64,000 nucleotides of DNA from Rhynchopus sp. YZ270_cl-10. Taxonomy: Eukaryota. The first letter of the stretch is position 1. Each line of letters begins with the position of its first letter. Shown here piece by piece: positions 11,164-24,720 of the stretch. The translations under genes were made by a program, and so were the position numbers. The stretch is taken from the NCBI GenBank assembly GCA_964035575.1, contig OZ037844.1, forward strand, positions 1,364,001-1,428,000, read 5' to 3'. A model generated the notes under the pieces. That model saw nothing but the letters and a program-made list of their open reading frames with translations. It made no database searches and was not told the origin of the DNA.

Positions 11164-12076
11164 TTATCTCGTGTGCAAAATATTCAAAAGATGCCACCTT
11201 TTAGGAGGGGGTTTTTATGGACTGCGCCATGTGTAAAACAAAAGCCAGCTTCTCTTTTTTTCTCTCTCACCCCCCTTTTTTTTTCTCTCACACCCCCCTT
11301 TTTTTTTCTCTCTCACTGTCCATAAGTTGCTAGCTTAAAATCCCCCTTTTAAAAGTGATGCTAATATTCCTTAGTTTATAAGATGGACCTAAGCACGAGA
11401 GGCGTAGGTTCATCTTATTCACCTTGTTTTATTCCTTCAAAATAGTGCTGACCTTCCAGATGACCCAAAATTAGTATCTTTTTTTTTTCCCCCTATAGGA
11501 GTGCATGTATGCATGCTTTGTTTTTGTATCGTTTTCATTGTGTAGGTTTTGGTTGTAGTACAAAACAAATCAGGAACCTCGCCCTTTTTTGAAAGTGGCT
11601 AAGCACGAGAGTACCTAGGTTCACCTTGCCACCTGATTTTTCCTGAAATTTGATGGAGTTTGGTGGTATTTACCCCAAGCTCCATAACTCCCCCAAAATT
11701 TTCCTTTACCAATAAAATGTCCCTGGCTGACATGCGTTCGGAACAATGTGTGCGTTTCACCACAACCTCTCCCATAGGTTTTATCGTGTGATGAGTGTTA
11801 AGTTTCTATTTCTTTTTTCTTTGCGTTTCTAAACGATTTTTCTTTCCTTCTTGCCGTACCCCCAATTGCCACCAATCTCAATACTCTCCCCACCACCATA
11901 CCACTCTGTTATAAAGGGAGGTATGAGGTTTACAGTTTGCAGTTTTGTTTGCAGTCTTGACGAGACGTGTCAGAGTTTTACACTGTCCGTAAGTTGTTCC
12001 TTGCCCTTTTTTGATTGAGTGCCTACATCCATAGAGTCGTAGACATTTTTTTTTTTTTTTTTTGTTGGTGTTCATC

Positions 12077-13080
12077 CAGGGTATTAGGGTGAAAATCCAT
12101 TTTTTTTTTTTTTTGGGGGGGGGGGGTGCAAAAATATTTTTTGCACCCCCCGACTTTTCGTTTTTTTTTTTTTTTTTGGGTGCAAAAAAATTTTTTTGCA
12201 CCCCCTTGAGGCAGGGCTATTTCTAAAAACCTGTCCCTGTCCCTGATTTTTGGAAAATGAAAGTTGTCAAAAAATTTGCACGGGGCTTATATACAGGGCT
12301 GCCAAAACATTTGCACGTACTACAGTACTTACAGAGAGGGGGGGGATGGGCTTTCTGCTTGAAGAAAGTTGCCGATTTTTTTTGTGTCGGAAAGTTTTCT
12401 TCCAGATTGTGCAAGACACGGGGTTTTTGATATTTTCTGAAAAAACAGAGAGGGCGCACCAGGCCGCATGCCGGAGGTGCTATGAGGGAGTTTCTTAGAA
12501 AACTTGTTCTCTACACTAACATCACACTGGCACCGTACTCATTTTAACAAAAACCAAGAACTTGCCCAATTCTGCAAATTGACCCCACCACAGAACGGAC
12601 GGATTCCGGAAATGCAAATGCCGGTGTTTTCGCGCATTTTCATGTTTCAGCATCTGGGAGAGAAAATCTGGGTTGTGGGATTTACCTTGGCCCCTTTACC
12701 TTACACTCATTTTGACCAAAACCAAGAACTTGGCCATTTCTGCAAATTGACCCCACCACAGTGCGGACAGATTCCGGAAATGCCAATCGCAGTATGTTTT
12801 GGGGCTGAAAAATTTTCAGGGTAAAATTTTTTTGAGCAGCATTTTTTGGCCGAAAATGGGCCCCACGTATAAGCAACCGGGCTCATATTTTCAAAAATTT
12901 AAGTGGTCAAAAAATTGTCCAATTTTCGAGATTGACCCCACCACTGCACGGGTGGAGCCCAAAAATGCAAATAAGGACGTTTTTGGCACAAAATAAATCT
13001 GCCAAAAAATTTGTGTCCCGGATTGGATTTTGGACCCCCCGGACCCCATATTTAGAAATAGCCCTGCCTTGAGGACCCTG
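12077..13080. mobile_element. Short TIR element (CAGGGT...ACCCTG) with a 6-bp direct repeat, hosting a nested hAT element
   Basis: TTCATC at 12071-12076 and 13081-13086; CAGGGT/ACCCTG ends; internal GGGTGCAAAA/TTTTGCACCC repeats. Confidence 0.55.
12212..13066. mobile_element. Non-autonomous hAT-like element
   Basis: 16-bp TIR CAGGGCTATTTCTAAA and 8-bp TSD CCTTGAGG (12204-12211, 13067-13074); inverted partial copy at 24039-24385. Confidence 0.9.
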
Positions 13081-14850
13081 TTCATCAGGCTCTCCGCTAG
13101 GATTTCCGATTTTGAAAATGTTCTGTTGATGGTCCACGTGGTGGGGTACATGCTTGCGCCGCAGGCGCACGGTACGCAACTTTTTTTTTTTTTCAACGCC
13201 CGATTTTGACTTTTTTGGGACGTTTGAGCACTCACCTCTCCATATCTTCTTCTCCTGAGCTTTTTTGACAGGTAGAACGGGTCTGAACCACTCAGCAGAA
13301 CTTTTTTTTTTTTTTTTTCCCCCCCCCATTTTCAGGGTGTTTCCTAATTTGCTTCCGCTTCCGGGGATTTGGAAAAAATTGGCCAGGGAAAAAATTTGCG
13401 GGAAAAAATTAGGGACGTATTTAAAGTGCTTATTTTTTGGTGTTTTCCCGAAAAAAGTATGTTCGCTGTTCTGGTTAATCCATGATCTGCTCAGTATTTT
13501 TTGACCAACTCTTGGCATGGTGGAAAGATTTTTTGGCCCATCTTTCCAAAGAAGCAAGAATCGAAGGTTTTAGAAATAATTGCTACGTGTCAGATGGTGG
13601 CGCCCCCAAGCCGATTTTCAGGAAATCGGGAAAAAGTAGGTTTTTTTACGGGTTTTGCTTTTTCACCTCGCAAGTGAGTTAGATATCTTCCAAGTGGTAT
13701 TTTTCAAAAAAGTTTGGGCGCCGTTAAAAGATTTTTTTGCAAATCTATCAAATAACGCCATTTTCGAGTGAAAAAATGAGATGAGTTGTGCAGAAAACGA
13801 GATAAGGTTGTTTTGGGGGTGGTCTGCCAAAGTAGGAAAGTCACCACCGGCCAATAATTTTAGAAAAAAATATTTCTGGAACTGATTTCGCATTGCGTTG
13901 CATTCCGGCAGTTTCGCGCATTTAACGACGCCCAAAGTTTTCGAAAACGGACACTGTGAAGTCAATTTACTCACTTGACCCCCTAACATACCCTACTTTT
14001 TTCTACTATTCCCTAGTAAAAGTGCCATTTTTAGACATGTTGCCCGCCGAAATTTTGGAAAATATGAAAAATTGACCCAAAAAAATGCACTTTTGATAAC
14101 CCAAAAACTGAAAAACGACCCAAAAAAAAAAGTGCAGCAGTCTTCGGACAGGTGAGTAGCGACACCTCCCTTGCCAGCTGACAGAAGCCAAGTCGCAAAT
14201 GTTTTTATACGTTTGGTTTTGTGGTTTTGAGTTCTAAGAAAAGACAAGTAGACCATGGAAAACTGTTTGATAATAGCAACAGTGGCTTAATCTCTTTACA
14301 TCACGGAGGGTCTTGCACTGACGATGTCCCCCTCTGTTACGACCAATGTATGCAGTTAGGACTGAAACATGATGTACTGAAATTTTTGCCAACTACTTTA
14401 TTTTCTTCACGTGACCCCTTTTAACCCACCCCCTTACTCTAAAACTTTGAAGATGCAACTTTTGTGTATAAAACAGCACTTTGAATGCAAATCAACAAAT
14501 AAAAGCTACTTTCTAGGGTTGAGGATGGCCTCCGTCCATACCGATTAAGTACAAAGCCTTAGGGCGACATTGTGTACAGATCCTACCTCGGTAGGTGATT
14601 GTCGATACAACAAAAAACCCACCTCTTCCCTCCCACGGTTAACACCACCTAGTCTAAACTCCTCGATTTTTTTTTTATTGGATTCCTTTTTGTGCAAATC
14701 TATCAATTGCGTCGGTTTACGGGTCCGGGAAAAAATTATGATCAACTTCCACAGCTTCGTGCACCCACTCTGAAAAACATTTTTTTTCAGAGTGGGGCCC
14801 CAGTCTCCCTCAAAAATTTCAAAGGTAAAAAAATCTTGCTTCTTTAGATT

Positions 14851-15209
14851 CATGGATTACAAAAGATCTTAATTAAGATATGAGCGAAAAACACCGTTTT
14901 TTTAAGATCTTAGTGTTTTCTTAAAATTAAGTAAGATCTTAGTGTTTTGTGTTGAATATCTTAGTTTTTTTTTGTTAAGATCTTAGTTTCCACCAAAAAA
15001 AACTAAGATCTTAAAAACAAAACTAAGATCTTAAAAATAAAGTGGCTACGATCTTAGAAAAAAAAACTAAGATCTTAGAAAAAAAACTAAGATCTTAGTT
15101 TTTTGGTGTTTTTTTCCACTAAGATCTTAGTGGAAAAAAAAAAACTAAGAAGATATCAAAACCCCGCTCAAAAAAAATTTCCTCTTACTAAGATCTTTTG
15201 TTTTCCATG
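14851..15209. mobile_element. MITE with many AAGATCTT subterminal repeats
   Basis: 21-bp TIR CATGGA(TT/AA)ACAAAAGATCTTA flanked by TAGATT on both sides (14845-14850, 15210-15215). Confidence 0.8.
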
Positions 15210-15806
15210 TAGATTCAGATGATAAAAAATCTTTCAATTCCGCCCCTCGACTTTGGTTTTTGTTCATGTGGGGCCACATTACCTACCTTCCTCTGTGAGG
15301 ACCACGATTTTTTACCTTAAAGTCGGCCCACCTTGGTCCCCAAAGGTGTCTTTTCACCGTCCCTCCCCTCCTGCTTTCTGCAAAGCAAAAAGCAAAAATA
15401 GCAAATAGGGCAACAGCATTGGAGTGCACCATTAGTAAGCAATGTCATTTCAATGATGAACAGGTGAGTGACGACACCTCCCCTTTTTTTTGCCAATTGT
15501 GTGCACGTTTAGGAAGGCATTGCCGACTCCATTTTCTTGGAGCTTCCAGGACCGTACATGCTCCGTTCCCTAAAAGGAATGGGAAAAAAGTTTTCAAAAA
15601 AAAAAAAAAAAAAAAAAAAACAACAACCAACGTAGACCGCGAATGGAGGTAAGCTGGCGGAGGGTGGACGTGGAGTGGATATATTTTGTTGCTACGCGTG
15701 ATTTTTCCAAGTTTTCAAAAAAAATTATAGTGGAGTTCATCCTCGGGTGTCTACACTAATACAACCAAGTTTTCAAAAAAAAAAAAAAAAGGGGGGGGAA
15801 CGAATC

Positions 15807-18489
15807 CAGGGTAGATCCTTAGCGAAAGTGAAAATAAGGATTCGAGATTTTTTATTTTTTTTTCCTTTTTTTTTTTCCTTTTTTCTCTGGCCCATTTTTT
15901 TGGTTACCTACTAATTTCCAGCCACAGAGTGGCACCACCACGGTCCGCAATCGATCCGGAAAGTCAAAATAAGGGGGAAACCAGGGGTGTCGCTAATTTT
16001 GGGGAAAATTTTGAAAAATCTGAAATCGGGGTGCAATTTTTTTTTTTTACGTGGGGATTTTTTTTCCATTACCAGGGGGCGAAAAAACAGTGTTTTGTGG
16101 CATTTCCGAGCCAATCCCAGGCTGTGGTGGGGGATATACGGAAAAATGGACAAACTTTTAGTGACTTAAATTTTCACAAAATATGAACCCATACTCTTAA
16201 ACATGGGTCATTTTCAGGTCTGAAAACCCAAATTCAGATGAAATTGTGGTGTTTTTGACATTACTGAGAACAGTAGGTAGCGCCGCAGGCGCACGGTACC
16301 CAACTTTTGTCTTTTTCTTTTTCCCTTTTCTCTGCGTTCTTTTGATTGTGCGAGCCGATTGCTCTCCACGGTGGGGTCACATGTGTGCGCTAAAATACGC
16401 CAAAGTACCCTTACTATGAAGTATGAGATTCTCTGGTTTTAGCAAGGAAACCCTTGCAAGCATGTTCCCAGATCACGAAAAAAGGGGAGGCGTTTTTGTT
16501 GATTGCATCGTCCGATGCGGTGCAATTGCAGAAAGTGATGGGGTCATTTTGGAAAAATGGACGAGTTTTCGGTATTTAAGTTTTGACCATTTTTTTATTC
16601 CTGTGCACTTTTCGAGACTGCCAATTCTCGTAAACAAGGGTCATGTTCAAGTCTGAAAACACAGCTTCAGATGAAATTGTGGTGTTCTTGACTGAGAACG
16701 GTAGCGCCGCAGGCGCACGGTACCCAGCTTTTGTCTTTTTGTCTTTTCCTTTTTCTCTGCGTTCTTTTGATTGCGCGAGCCGATTGCTCTCCACGGTGGG
16801 GTCACATGTGTGCGCAAAACCACGCTATGGTACCTTTACTAAGGAAACCCTGGTCTGCAAAAAAAAAGGGTAAGGCAGGGTAAGGAAATCCCACCCAAAA
16901 AAATAAATCTTCGCGGGGTGAGGGCGGCACCTGGTGATTTTCCCTGACCCCCAAAAACCTCGTTTTTGGAACGTTCTGACACAACCGAGTTCACGGTGGC
17001 CTCTCACTTAAAAAAAGAACAAGTTGTTAACACATTAAACCCACCCTGTATTAGGTGCAAATTTTTTTTTTCCTACACAGATTTTACTAGGGGTGCAAAT
17101 TTTTTTTTTGGTTTTGAAAAAGTCGGGACCCTGGACCCGAATTAGCGACACCCCTGGGGGAAACCAAAAGGAAAAAAAATAAAAGTTCGCTACCGTTTTT
17201 TTGGCTGGCCTTCGGCCCGCCAATGCCCCTTTAATATTTGTCTTCACTTCATAAGACAAGGACCAATGAGTGTCAATTCTCAGTGTCACCTTGCATAAGA
17301 CAATTTTGAAGCATAACCTTGAAGAACACAATTACTATGTCCGCAAACCCGCAAAGCGGACCATTGTAAAAGGGGTGGTGCTGAGGGTGGAGGTTTCGAA
17401 GAAGTGCGGGTGTGTTAAAGGTCGGGTATGGGTCACCTGTACGGAGTATGAGATCCAATAATAAAGACTTCAACCGGACCAAGGCAGAAACACAACACTG
17501 TTCGGCCAAAATCCAAAAACCCATAGGGCCCCAGTATTGTTGTCGAAAATCCCCACTTAATTTTTGATGGGATTTTGAACTTTGCCCAAAAACTGCGAAA
17601 AAAAAATTTCCGCTCGCTGCGCTCGCGGAGGTTCACCCAATGCGGTCTCGCCTACCCAAACTGCTGGTGCATCGGCACTACCTATTTAATTTTGAAAATT
17701 TTCTTGCTAATGCCGGGTACTACCACTTTTTTTCAGAATATTTCTAGAAAGTATTCCCCTTGTCAGAGGGCGCAGTGTCCGACAAGGGTCACTGCCGGAA
17801 TGCGATTTAATTGGTCAAACGCCGAAGGAAAAGGAAGCATGCGAAAGAAAAAAAGTAGCGTACCGTGCCTGCGGCGCAAGATTGCAACCCACCCTTCCCA
17901 TGACTAGTTTTGGCAGTAAAAATGTGCAATTTTGAGCGCAATTTTTAGAAATGTTGCGTACCGTGGCTTCGCTTGGGTGCCACGACCGCCGTTTCTTTTT
18001 GTAAATATACTGAGGTCACTGCGTGTGCCTGGTGCAAATATCAATGCAGTGCCGAACTCCGCAGTAGGATAACCGAGGAATTCTCACATTCCGCTGGAGG
18101 CCCTAACGAGCTGGGTTGGGCTCGACCGAGTTTCAGCGAAAACCCCCAAAACCTATATTATCCCCTGGGGTTTAGTTCTACGACAGATGAGATGTGTAAA
18201 AAAACACCACAATTCTGCCTCAGTACAGTACCAACCTGCTTGTTGGATTTTTTTTAGATCGTCACTCAATTTTCCCGCTCGCTGCGCTCGCGGAGGTACA
18301 CCTTATATATTTTTTTTCGCTCGCTTCGCTCGCGGACAAACCATCAACACCCCATGATTTCCCAAAAACCTGAAAGTTAGCGTCAGGCCTGCGCCGAAAA
18401 ATTTCAAAAACGGGAGAGAAAAAAAAGGAAAAAAACGAAAATAAATCTGGGATTTTTAGCGTTTTTAGCGAAAATAAGGATCTACCCTG
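15807..18489. mobile_element. Non-autonomous hAT-like element (family A, copy 1), containing a nested insertion
   Basis: 15-bp TIR CAGGGTAGATCCTTA, 8-bp TSD AACGAATC; collinear with 49400-50932. Confidence 0.92.
15982..17156. mobile_element. Nested non-autonomous hAT-like element
   Basis: 17-bp TIR CAGGGGTGTCGCTAATT, 8-bp TSD GGGGAAAC; the empty site is visible in the second family A copy near 49567-49574. Confidence 0.92.
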
Positions 18490-18810
18490 AACGAATCTGC
18501 TTTGTCAGGATTGAGAGTTTGCCAGAAATTTGCTTATGTAACACACCCTCAAGTGCTCGATGCTTACGGAACTGTCGTTATGCATTGTCAACCTCGCTGT
18601 GCATGTGGCAGCTACCTCACACCTTTATTGTTTGTGACAGCAACCCACAGTAAGAAGTCACGTGAAATGCACATCATATCATGTAGATTCGTGTCATTGA
18701 TGTGCACTTTGTCACGTGCTGAGAGTAGCATCCTTCTTTGTCTTCCCCACCTCACAACCCATGCATAAAAAAGGAAAACTACAACACACATTAACGAGAA
18801 GTTCAAAACC

Positions 18811-21741
18811 ATGTCGAAGCGACACACAGACAGCACACCTGACGAGAAGGCACCAAAAATAAAGAATATTTCAGACTCGGTCTTGGTGGAGGCTGCCAGG
18901 AACGGCGACACGACTGCCGTGCGGGTGGGACTTGAGAAGCTCATCCCAGACACAGACAGCAAAAGGGTTGCCTTCGATGCTGTGCACGAGGCATGCAGAG
19001 GGAACCACGATGAATGCCTCGCACTGCTTCTTCCGTATGTTGAGACAACGCAGATGGGCTTCGGGATGCTGCTGAGTGAGTGCATCCACGCAGACCACAC
19101 TGCGTGCACGGAGGTCCTCTTGCAGCATTGGAAGTCAGTCTGCAGCAACGTTGCGTTTGTCCCACACGGGCACAAGGTAGGCATCGACGATAAGACACCT
19201 CGTCCCTGTCCAGCCATGTGGGCGGACCCTGCAGTGTGTCAGGTGCTCATTGATGCAGGGGCAGACATCGAGGTGAAAGATGAGGATGGACGTTCACCTC
19301 TGCTCAGGGCAAGCATTTCAGGCAAGCCCGCAGTTGTGAAGATGTTGGTCGAAGCAGGTGCGGGAGTGTGTGCGACTGACAACTATGGAACGACGTGTCT
19401 TATCCTTGCTTCACGTTTTGGACACACCGAGATTGTGCGCCAGCTTGTGGGTTTGAAGGATGTGGAAGTAAATCACTCAGACAACGAAGGCTGCACTGCG
19501 CTGCACTGCGCAATACTGAATGGACATCCCGATGTGGTGCAGGTGCTCATTGATGCAGGGGCAGACATCGAGACAAAGGATGAGGATGGTTGTTCACCTC
19601 TGCTCTTGGCAAGCACTTCAGAGCATTTCGCTATTGTGAAGATGTTGGTGGAAGCAGGTGCGGGAGTGTGTGCCACAGACAACAACGGACTCACATGTCT
19701 TATCTTTGCGGCATATTGTGGACACACCGATACTGTGCGCTATCTTGTGGGCTTGAAGGAGGTGGACGTGCATCGTGAACAGAACAAGGGCTGCACTGCG
19801 TTGCACTTCGCAGTGCACGAAGGACATTGCGATGTGGTGCAGGTGCTCATTGATGCAGGTGCAGACAGAGAAGCGAAGGACGAGGATGGACGTTCACCTC
19901 TGCTCAGGGCGAGCATTTCGGGTAAGTTCGCACTTGTGAAGATGTTAGTCGAAGCAGGTGCACACGTGTGTGTCACAGACAACGAAGGTAACACATGTCT
20001 TATGCTTGCGTCACATTTTGGACACACCGAGACTGTGCGCTATCTTGTTGGCTTGAAGGTGGGTGTGAATCATGAAAAGAGCAACGGCTGCACTGCGTTG
20101 CACTTCGCAGTGCAGGAAGGACATCACGATGTGGTGGAGGTGCTCATTGATGCAGGGGCAGACATGGAGGCGTATAACAAAGATGGTCGTTCACCTCTGC
20201 TTTTGGCAAGTCTTTCGGGCACGTCCGCTATTGTGAAGATGTTGGTCGAAGGAGGTGCGGGAGTGTGTACCACAGACAACAAAGGAAACACGTGTCTTAT
20301 CTTTGCGGCATATGGTGGACACACCGAGACTGTGCGCTATCTTGTTGGTTTGAAGGATGTGGATGTGAATCATGCAGACGGCGACGGCAGTACTGCGTTG
20401 CACCACGCAGTGCTACATAAACACCGTGAAGTAGTGCAGGTGCTCATCGATGCTGGAGCAGATATCGAGAGAACGGATAAAAAGGGGCGTTCGCCTCTGC
20501 TCTTGGCGAGCTGGTTAGGAGAACTTGCTGTTGTGAAGATGTTGGTCAAAGCAGGTGCGGACGTGCGCATCACAGCTCAAGGTATAACATGTCTGATCAC
20601 TGTGTCGGGTGCTGGACACACCGAGACTGTGCGCTATTTCGTGGGCTTGAAGGACGTGGATCTGGATCAGGCAGACGGCGGCGGTTTCACTGCGTTGCAC
20701 CACGCAGTGCTACATAAACACCGTGAAGTAGTGCAGGTGCTCATCGATGCTGGAGCAGATATCGAGAGAACGGATAAAAAGGGGCGTTCGCCTCTGCTCT
20801 TGGCGAGCTTGTCAGGAGAACTTGCTGTTGTGAAGAGTCTTGTCAAAGCTGGTAGAACGGGTGATACAGCCGGAGGGTTCACGTGTCTTATTCTTGCGTC
20901 AGGCGCAGGACACACCGAGACTGTGCGCTATCTTGTGGGCTTGAAAGAGGTGGACGTGAATCACCGAGACACCAATGGCTTCACTGCGTTGGACCGTGCA
21001 GTGCTGCAAAATCATCCCGATGTGGTGAAGGTACTATGCGATGCAGGAGCAGACCTGGAAGCAAAGGATGACTTTGGTAGTACGCCTCTGCTCTTGGCCA
21101 GCCGTTCAGGATATCTCGGTGTTGTGAAGACGTTGGTCGAAGCAGGTGCGGGAGTATGTGTCACAGATGAGCAAGGATTTACATGTCTTATACTTGCGAC
21201 GGGTGCTGGACATACTGCAACTGTGCGGTATCTCGTGGGTTTGAAGGAGGTGGACGTGAATCACGTAGGACACGGGAAAACTGCGTTGCATTTGGCTACA
21301 CAGCAAAAACATGTGGGGGTAGTGCAGGTGCTTATTGATGCAGGAGCAGACATCGACACAAAGAACGACTTGGGACGTACACCTCTGCTCGCGGCTAGCG
21401 GTACTGGGAAACTCGGCATGGTGAAAATGTTGGTCGAAGCAGGTGCGGGAGTGTGTGTCACAGACAACAATGGAAACACGTGTCTTCTACTTGCTGCGAA
21501 TGGTGGACACACCGAGACTGCGCGCTATCTTGTGGGTTTGAAGGAGGTGGACCTGAATAACGCAGACTGTAACGGCAGTACTGCGTTGCACTTCGCAGTG
21601 AAGCAACATCATGCAGATGTGGTGCAGCTTCTTCTCGAGCACGGTGCGGACAAGTCTTTGTGCAATGGGGGAGGGGAGACAGCACTGGACTGTGCGTTTA
21701 GCCTTGGCTGTGCTGAGTGCTGTCTCCTGTTGACTTGTTAA
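18811..21741 (+). CDS. Ankyrin-repeat protein, paralog 3 (976 aa)
   Basis: Constant N-terminus plus about 8 triple-ankyrin units; ends LGCAECCLLLTC. Confidence 0.93.
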   Translation: MSKRHTDSTPDEKAPKIKNISDSVLVEAARNGDTTAVRVGLEKLIPDTDSKRVAFDAVHEACRGNHDECLALLLPYVETTQMGFGMLLSECIHADHTACTEVLLQHWKSVCSNVAFVPHGHKVGIDDKTPRPCPAMWADPAVCQVLIDAGADIEVKDEDGRSPLLRASISGKPAVVKMLVEAGAGVCATDNYGTTCLILASRFGHTEIVRQLVGLKDVEVNHSDNEGCTALHCAILNGHPDVVQVLIDAGADIETKDEDGCSPLLLASTSEHFAIVKMLVEAGAGVCATDNNGLTCLIFAAYCGHTDTVRYLVGLKEVDVHREQNKGCTALHFAVHEGHCDVVQVLIDAGADREAKDEDGRSPLLRASISGKFALVKMLVEAGAHVCVTDNEGNTCLMLASHFGHTETVRYLVGLKVGVNHEKSNGCTALHFAVQEGHHDVVEVLIDAGADMEAYNKDGRSPLLLASLSGTSAIVKMLVEGGAGVCTTDNKGNTCLIFAAYGGHTETVRYLVGLKDVDVNHADGDGSTALHHAVLHKHREVVQVLIDAGADIERTDKKGRSPLLLASWLGELAVVKMLVKAGADVRITAQGITCLITVSGAGHTETVRYFVGLKDVDLDQADGGGFTALHHAVLHKHREVVQVLIDAGADIERTDKKGRSPLLLASLSGELAVVKSLVKAGRTGDTAGGFTCLILASGAGHTETVRYLVGLKEVDVNHRDTNGFTALDRAVLQNHPDVVKVLCDAGADLEAKDDFGSTPLLLASRSGYLGVVKTLVEAGAGVCVTDEQGFTCLILATGAGHTATVRYLVGLKEVDVNHVGHGKTALHLATQQKHVGVVQVLIDAGADIDTKNDLGRTPLLAASGTGKLGMVKMLVEAGAGVCVTDNNGNTCLLLAANGGHTETARYLVGLKEVDLNNADCNGSTALHFAVKQHHADVVQLLLEHGADKSLCNGGGETALDCAFSLGCAECCLLLTC

Positions 21742-24038
21742 GCTGAGCAATGTTTCTTCCACTTGCAGACAGTTGCTGCTGTCGAGCGGGCGGCTCTCCG
21801 CTAAAATGCCGGTGTTTTTGGACGATGCATATTTTCCGGCTAAAAAACCTACCACAAATTATAAAGTGTGTCAAGGACCTGTCAGGGGCCTGTCAATATA
21901 GGCCCCCTCCGGAGCACCACCCTCCCTTTTTTTCTTGTTTCCGAAGGAGCGTTAGCCAAAAGAGACAGAAGGTAGTAAGTCGAGATACTCAGCACAGTTT
22001 AAAGCAATATTGCTTGTCCTTATCTTTTGCAGTTAACACCAAACTAAAATGCTTTTTTCGGCAAAACAACAAAAGCCAAAGCAATACAGAGAGAACCAAC
22101 TATTTTTCGTTTCACTACTTTTTCTATGACTAGTAAGGAGGTACCCTAACTGTTCGGTCCAATTCGGTGTAATTCGGTCCATTTCGTTTTTTTTTTTTTT
22201 TCGCAAAGGGAAATTTCCCCTTGTACCAGAAAAACCGAAAAAAACGAAATGAAAACCGAAAAAAACCGAAATGTTAGGGTACCTTTTTTGGTCGATTTCG
22301 TTTTTTTTCCAAAGGGGGGAGGGACCCTTTGGTCGCCGAAATTCCCCAGCCAAAATTGGTCGCAAAATCGGCCGATTTTTCAAAAATCTCAAAAAAAACA
22401 TAGGGTGAAAACGATCGTTTTTTTTTTTTTTTTTTTTTTACGAATCTGGGAAAAAGTGATCGGTCTTTTTTTTTTTTTTTTTTTTCACGATCGTGAAGAA
22501 AAAAAAACGATCGTTTTTTTTTTTTTTTTTTCTTCACGATCGTGAAAAAAAAGCACCTTTTTCTTCACGATCGTGAAGGAAAAAAAAAACGATCGTTTTT
22601 TTTTTCCCATATTATGTCGTTGATCGCTGGCCCACACCAGGGAGGGAGCCCCCACAGGTGCCCACAACCCCCCTGAAATCGGCCGAGAGTAACTTTTAGC
22701 GGTGTTTTGACGTAAAATGTCACCTTTTTTGCCATTTTTGGGGTGTACTTTTCTGGAACAAAATTCGCAAAACCCGAAATACGAATCGTAAAAAATCGCG
22801 ACATTCTATGACATGCGTATACCATGAAGCAGCACGTCACGGCATGGCATGTAACATGCACATGTAATATCGCCAAAAACCTAGTCGTAGTAACATCATC
22901 ACTGTGCAAACCCCTGTCCATCCAATACAATTCACACTCTTTGTGGGTGGTCTTGCTGCCTTTTTGCCACAGTAATTTTTGGCCCGGCAGGCATGCTCTT
23001 GAAGCATGGCAATTTAGTGTGTATGGGGCAGGGTGTTGTTTTGTTCTGAATTCCCTTTGTTACAATATCTATCCAATCGCGAGTGGTTGTATGTGTATCG
23101 TGAGACACTCTTTTTAACCCTTTACGGACCAAGAGGACATTTATGCCCATTGTGGCGGGGGATGCGGCGTTCAACACCAGGCCAAGTTGGCCAAAAGCCC
23201 AACTTTTGTACTGTCCAACCTCTGTACAATTACGGTATATTTCGTTGGCTGGTGGTCTGAAGAGTGATCTGACCATATTCTCCAGGTATAACAAATGCCC
23301 AAATAATGCATTGGCGAAGGAATTTTGCACTTTTGACCATCACACATTACTTGTATTTTTACCGGTTTTTTAATGAGTACAACCTATGTCAGAGCACGCT
23401 GTCCCACAGATTTTAGAATTTGGGGGGGTCACGCAACAGGGATTACGCAGCTCCCCATACTTATCGCTAAATATGCCGTTTTCCCCGAAAAATTTTAGAA
23501 TTCCACGCCCAATTTCTTTCTTTTTGGCAAAAAAAAATTTTTCGCGCTTCGCGCGAAAAAGGTCCTCAGAAGCTCAATTCCGGAAACAAATACGGGGGGA
23601 GCGACGTTTTCCAACTCCTCCGCCATCAGCAGGAACACCTCCGTTTTCTCTTGAATCTGGGACGCTTGTTGCTGAGAAACAGGGCAACAGCGCGTTCAAG
23701 CATATTCCCCATCTTTTCAGTGTTAAACTCGTGGCGAAGCCACGGTACGCAACATTTCTAAAAATTGCGCTTAAAATTGCCTACTATGTCGCGGGAAGGG
23801 TGGGTTGAAAGCTCGCGCCGCAGTGCATCTTCCTTTTCCGGTAAAATAGAAGAAAATTGTCTTCTAAAAATAGAATTCTGTGGGGGGTAGGTGAGAGGTG
23901 GGCGGAGCCCCCACTCCTCCACCCCAGCCTCAATCCAAAACCCTGTATTTTTTTTTTTTTGGTATTTTTTGAGCTGAGATTTTCAAAAAATACCAAAAAT
24001 ACCAGGGTCAACCGCTGTGATGCTCATTGTTTAGAACA

Positions 24039-24385
24039 CAGGGCTATTTCTAAATATGGGGTCCGGAGTCCAAAATCCAATCCGGGACACAATTTTGGCA
24101 GATTTATTTTGGGCCAAAAACGTCTTTATTTACATTTTTGGGATTCGCCCGTGCAGTGGTGGGGTCAATCTCGAAAATTGGATTTTTTGACCACTTAAAT
24201 TTTGAGAAATATGAGCCCGGTCACTTATACGTGGGCCCATTTTCGGCTAAAATTTTCCTCAAAATCCGGGTTTGTAAAATTGACCCTTCTGTGAAGGAAG
24301 GTTGTGGAAAAGGGTCCTTATTTGCATTTTTGGAAGCCGCCCGTGCAGTGGTGGGGTCAATTTGCAGAATTGGGCAAGTTCTTGC
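24039..24385 (-). mobile_element. Partial inverted copy of the 12212-13066 hAT-like element
   Basis: Starts CAGGGCTATTTCTAAATATGGGGTCCGG, the reverse complement of the 13066 end. Confidence 0.75.
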
Positions 24386-24492
24386 AAGACAACGGGTAAT
24401 GTTTGTTAGCTCTAAGGAGGGAAGGGGAGCGTTTGTAGCTCACACAGCACCCCAAACCCTGGCCTCTCTGTCCACAGCACACAGCTCTTCCC

Positions 24493-24720
24493 CTGAGTTC
24501 CATTTGTGCCTCAACATGCTGAGCGCATCTTCAGTACGATGGGTGGATGAGCGAGAAGAGGCGCAACTGGCTAGTTGCACCAAAGCTGCACAAGCTTGTG
24601 GTCGTAGCACGCAGTTTGCGCGAGAGCAAGCCGCCACAAGAGAATGGTTGGTGGGATGAGGAGAAGCTGGTGCAGGAGGAGAAGGAGCGTGCGGGAGCTA
24701 TATTGACTGCGACGCGACAG
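24493..24720 (+). pseudogene. Frameshifted remnant of a hAT transposase C-terminal dimerisation domain
   Basis: Across two frameshifts it reads LSSICAST/AERIFSTMG/WMSEKRRNWLVAPKLHKLVVV, matching the hAT S..ER.FS..G....KRNRL....EKL motif. Confidence 0.6.

Noticed and set aside
15727..15780. AGTGGAG...CACT resemblance to a permuted twister ribozyme
   Set aside because: Lacks the UAA cleavage junction and the P4/L4 conserved nucleotides.
23113..23135. TTAACCCTT piggyBac-like left end
   Set aside because: No matching right end found.
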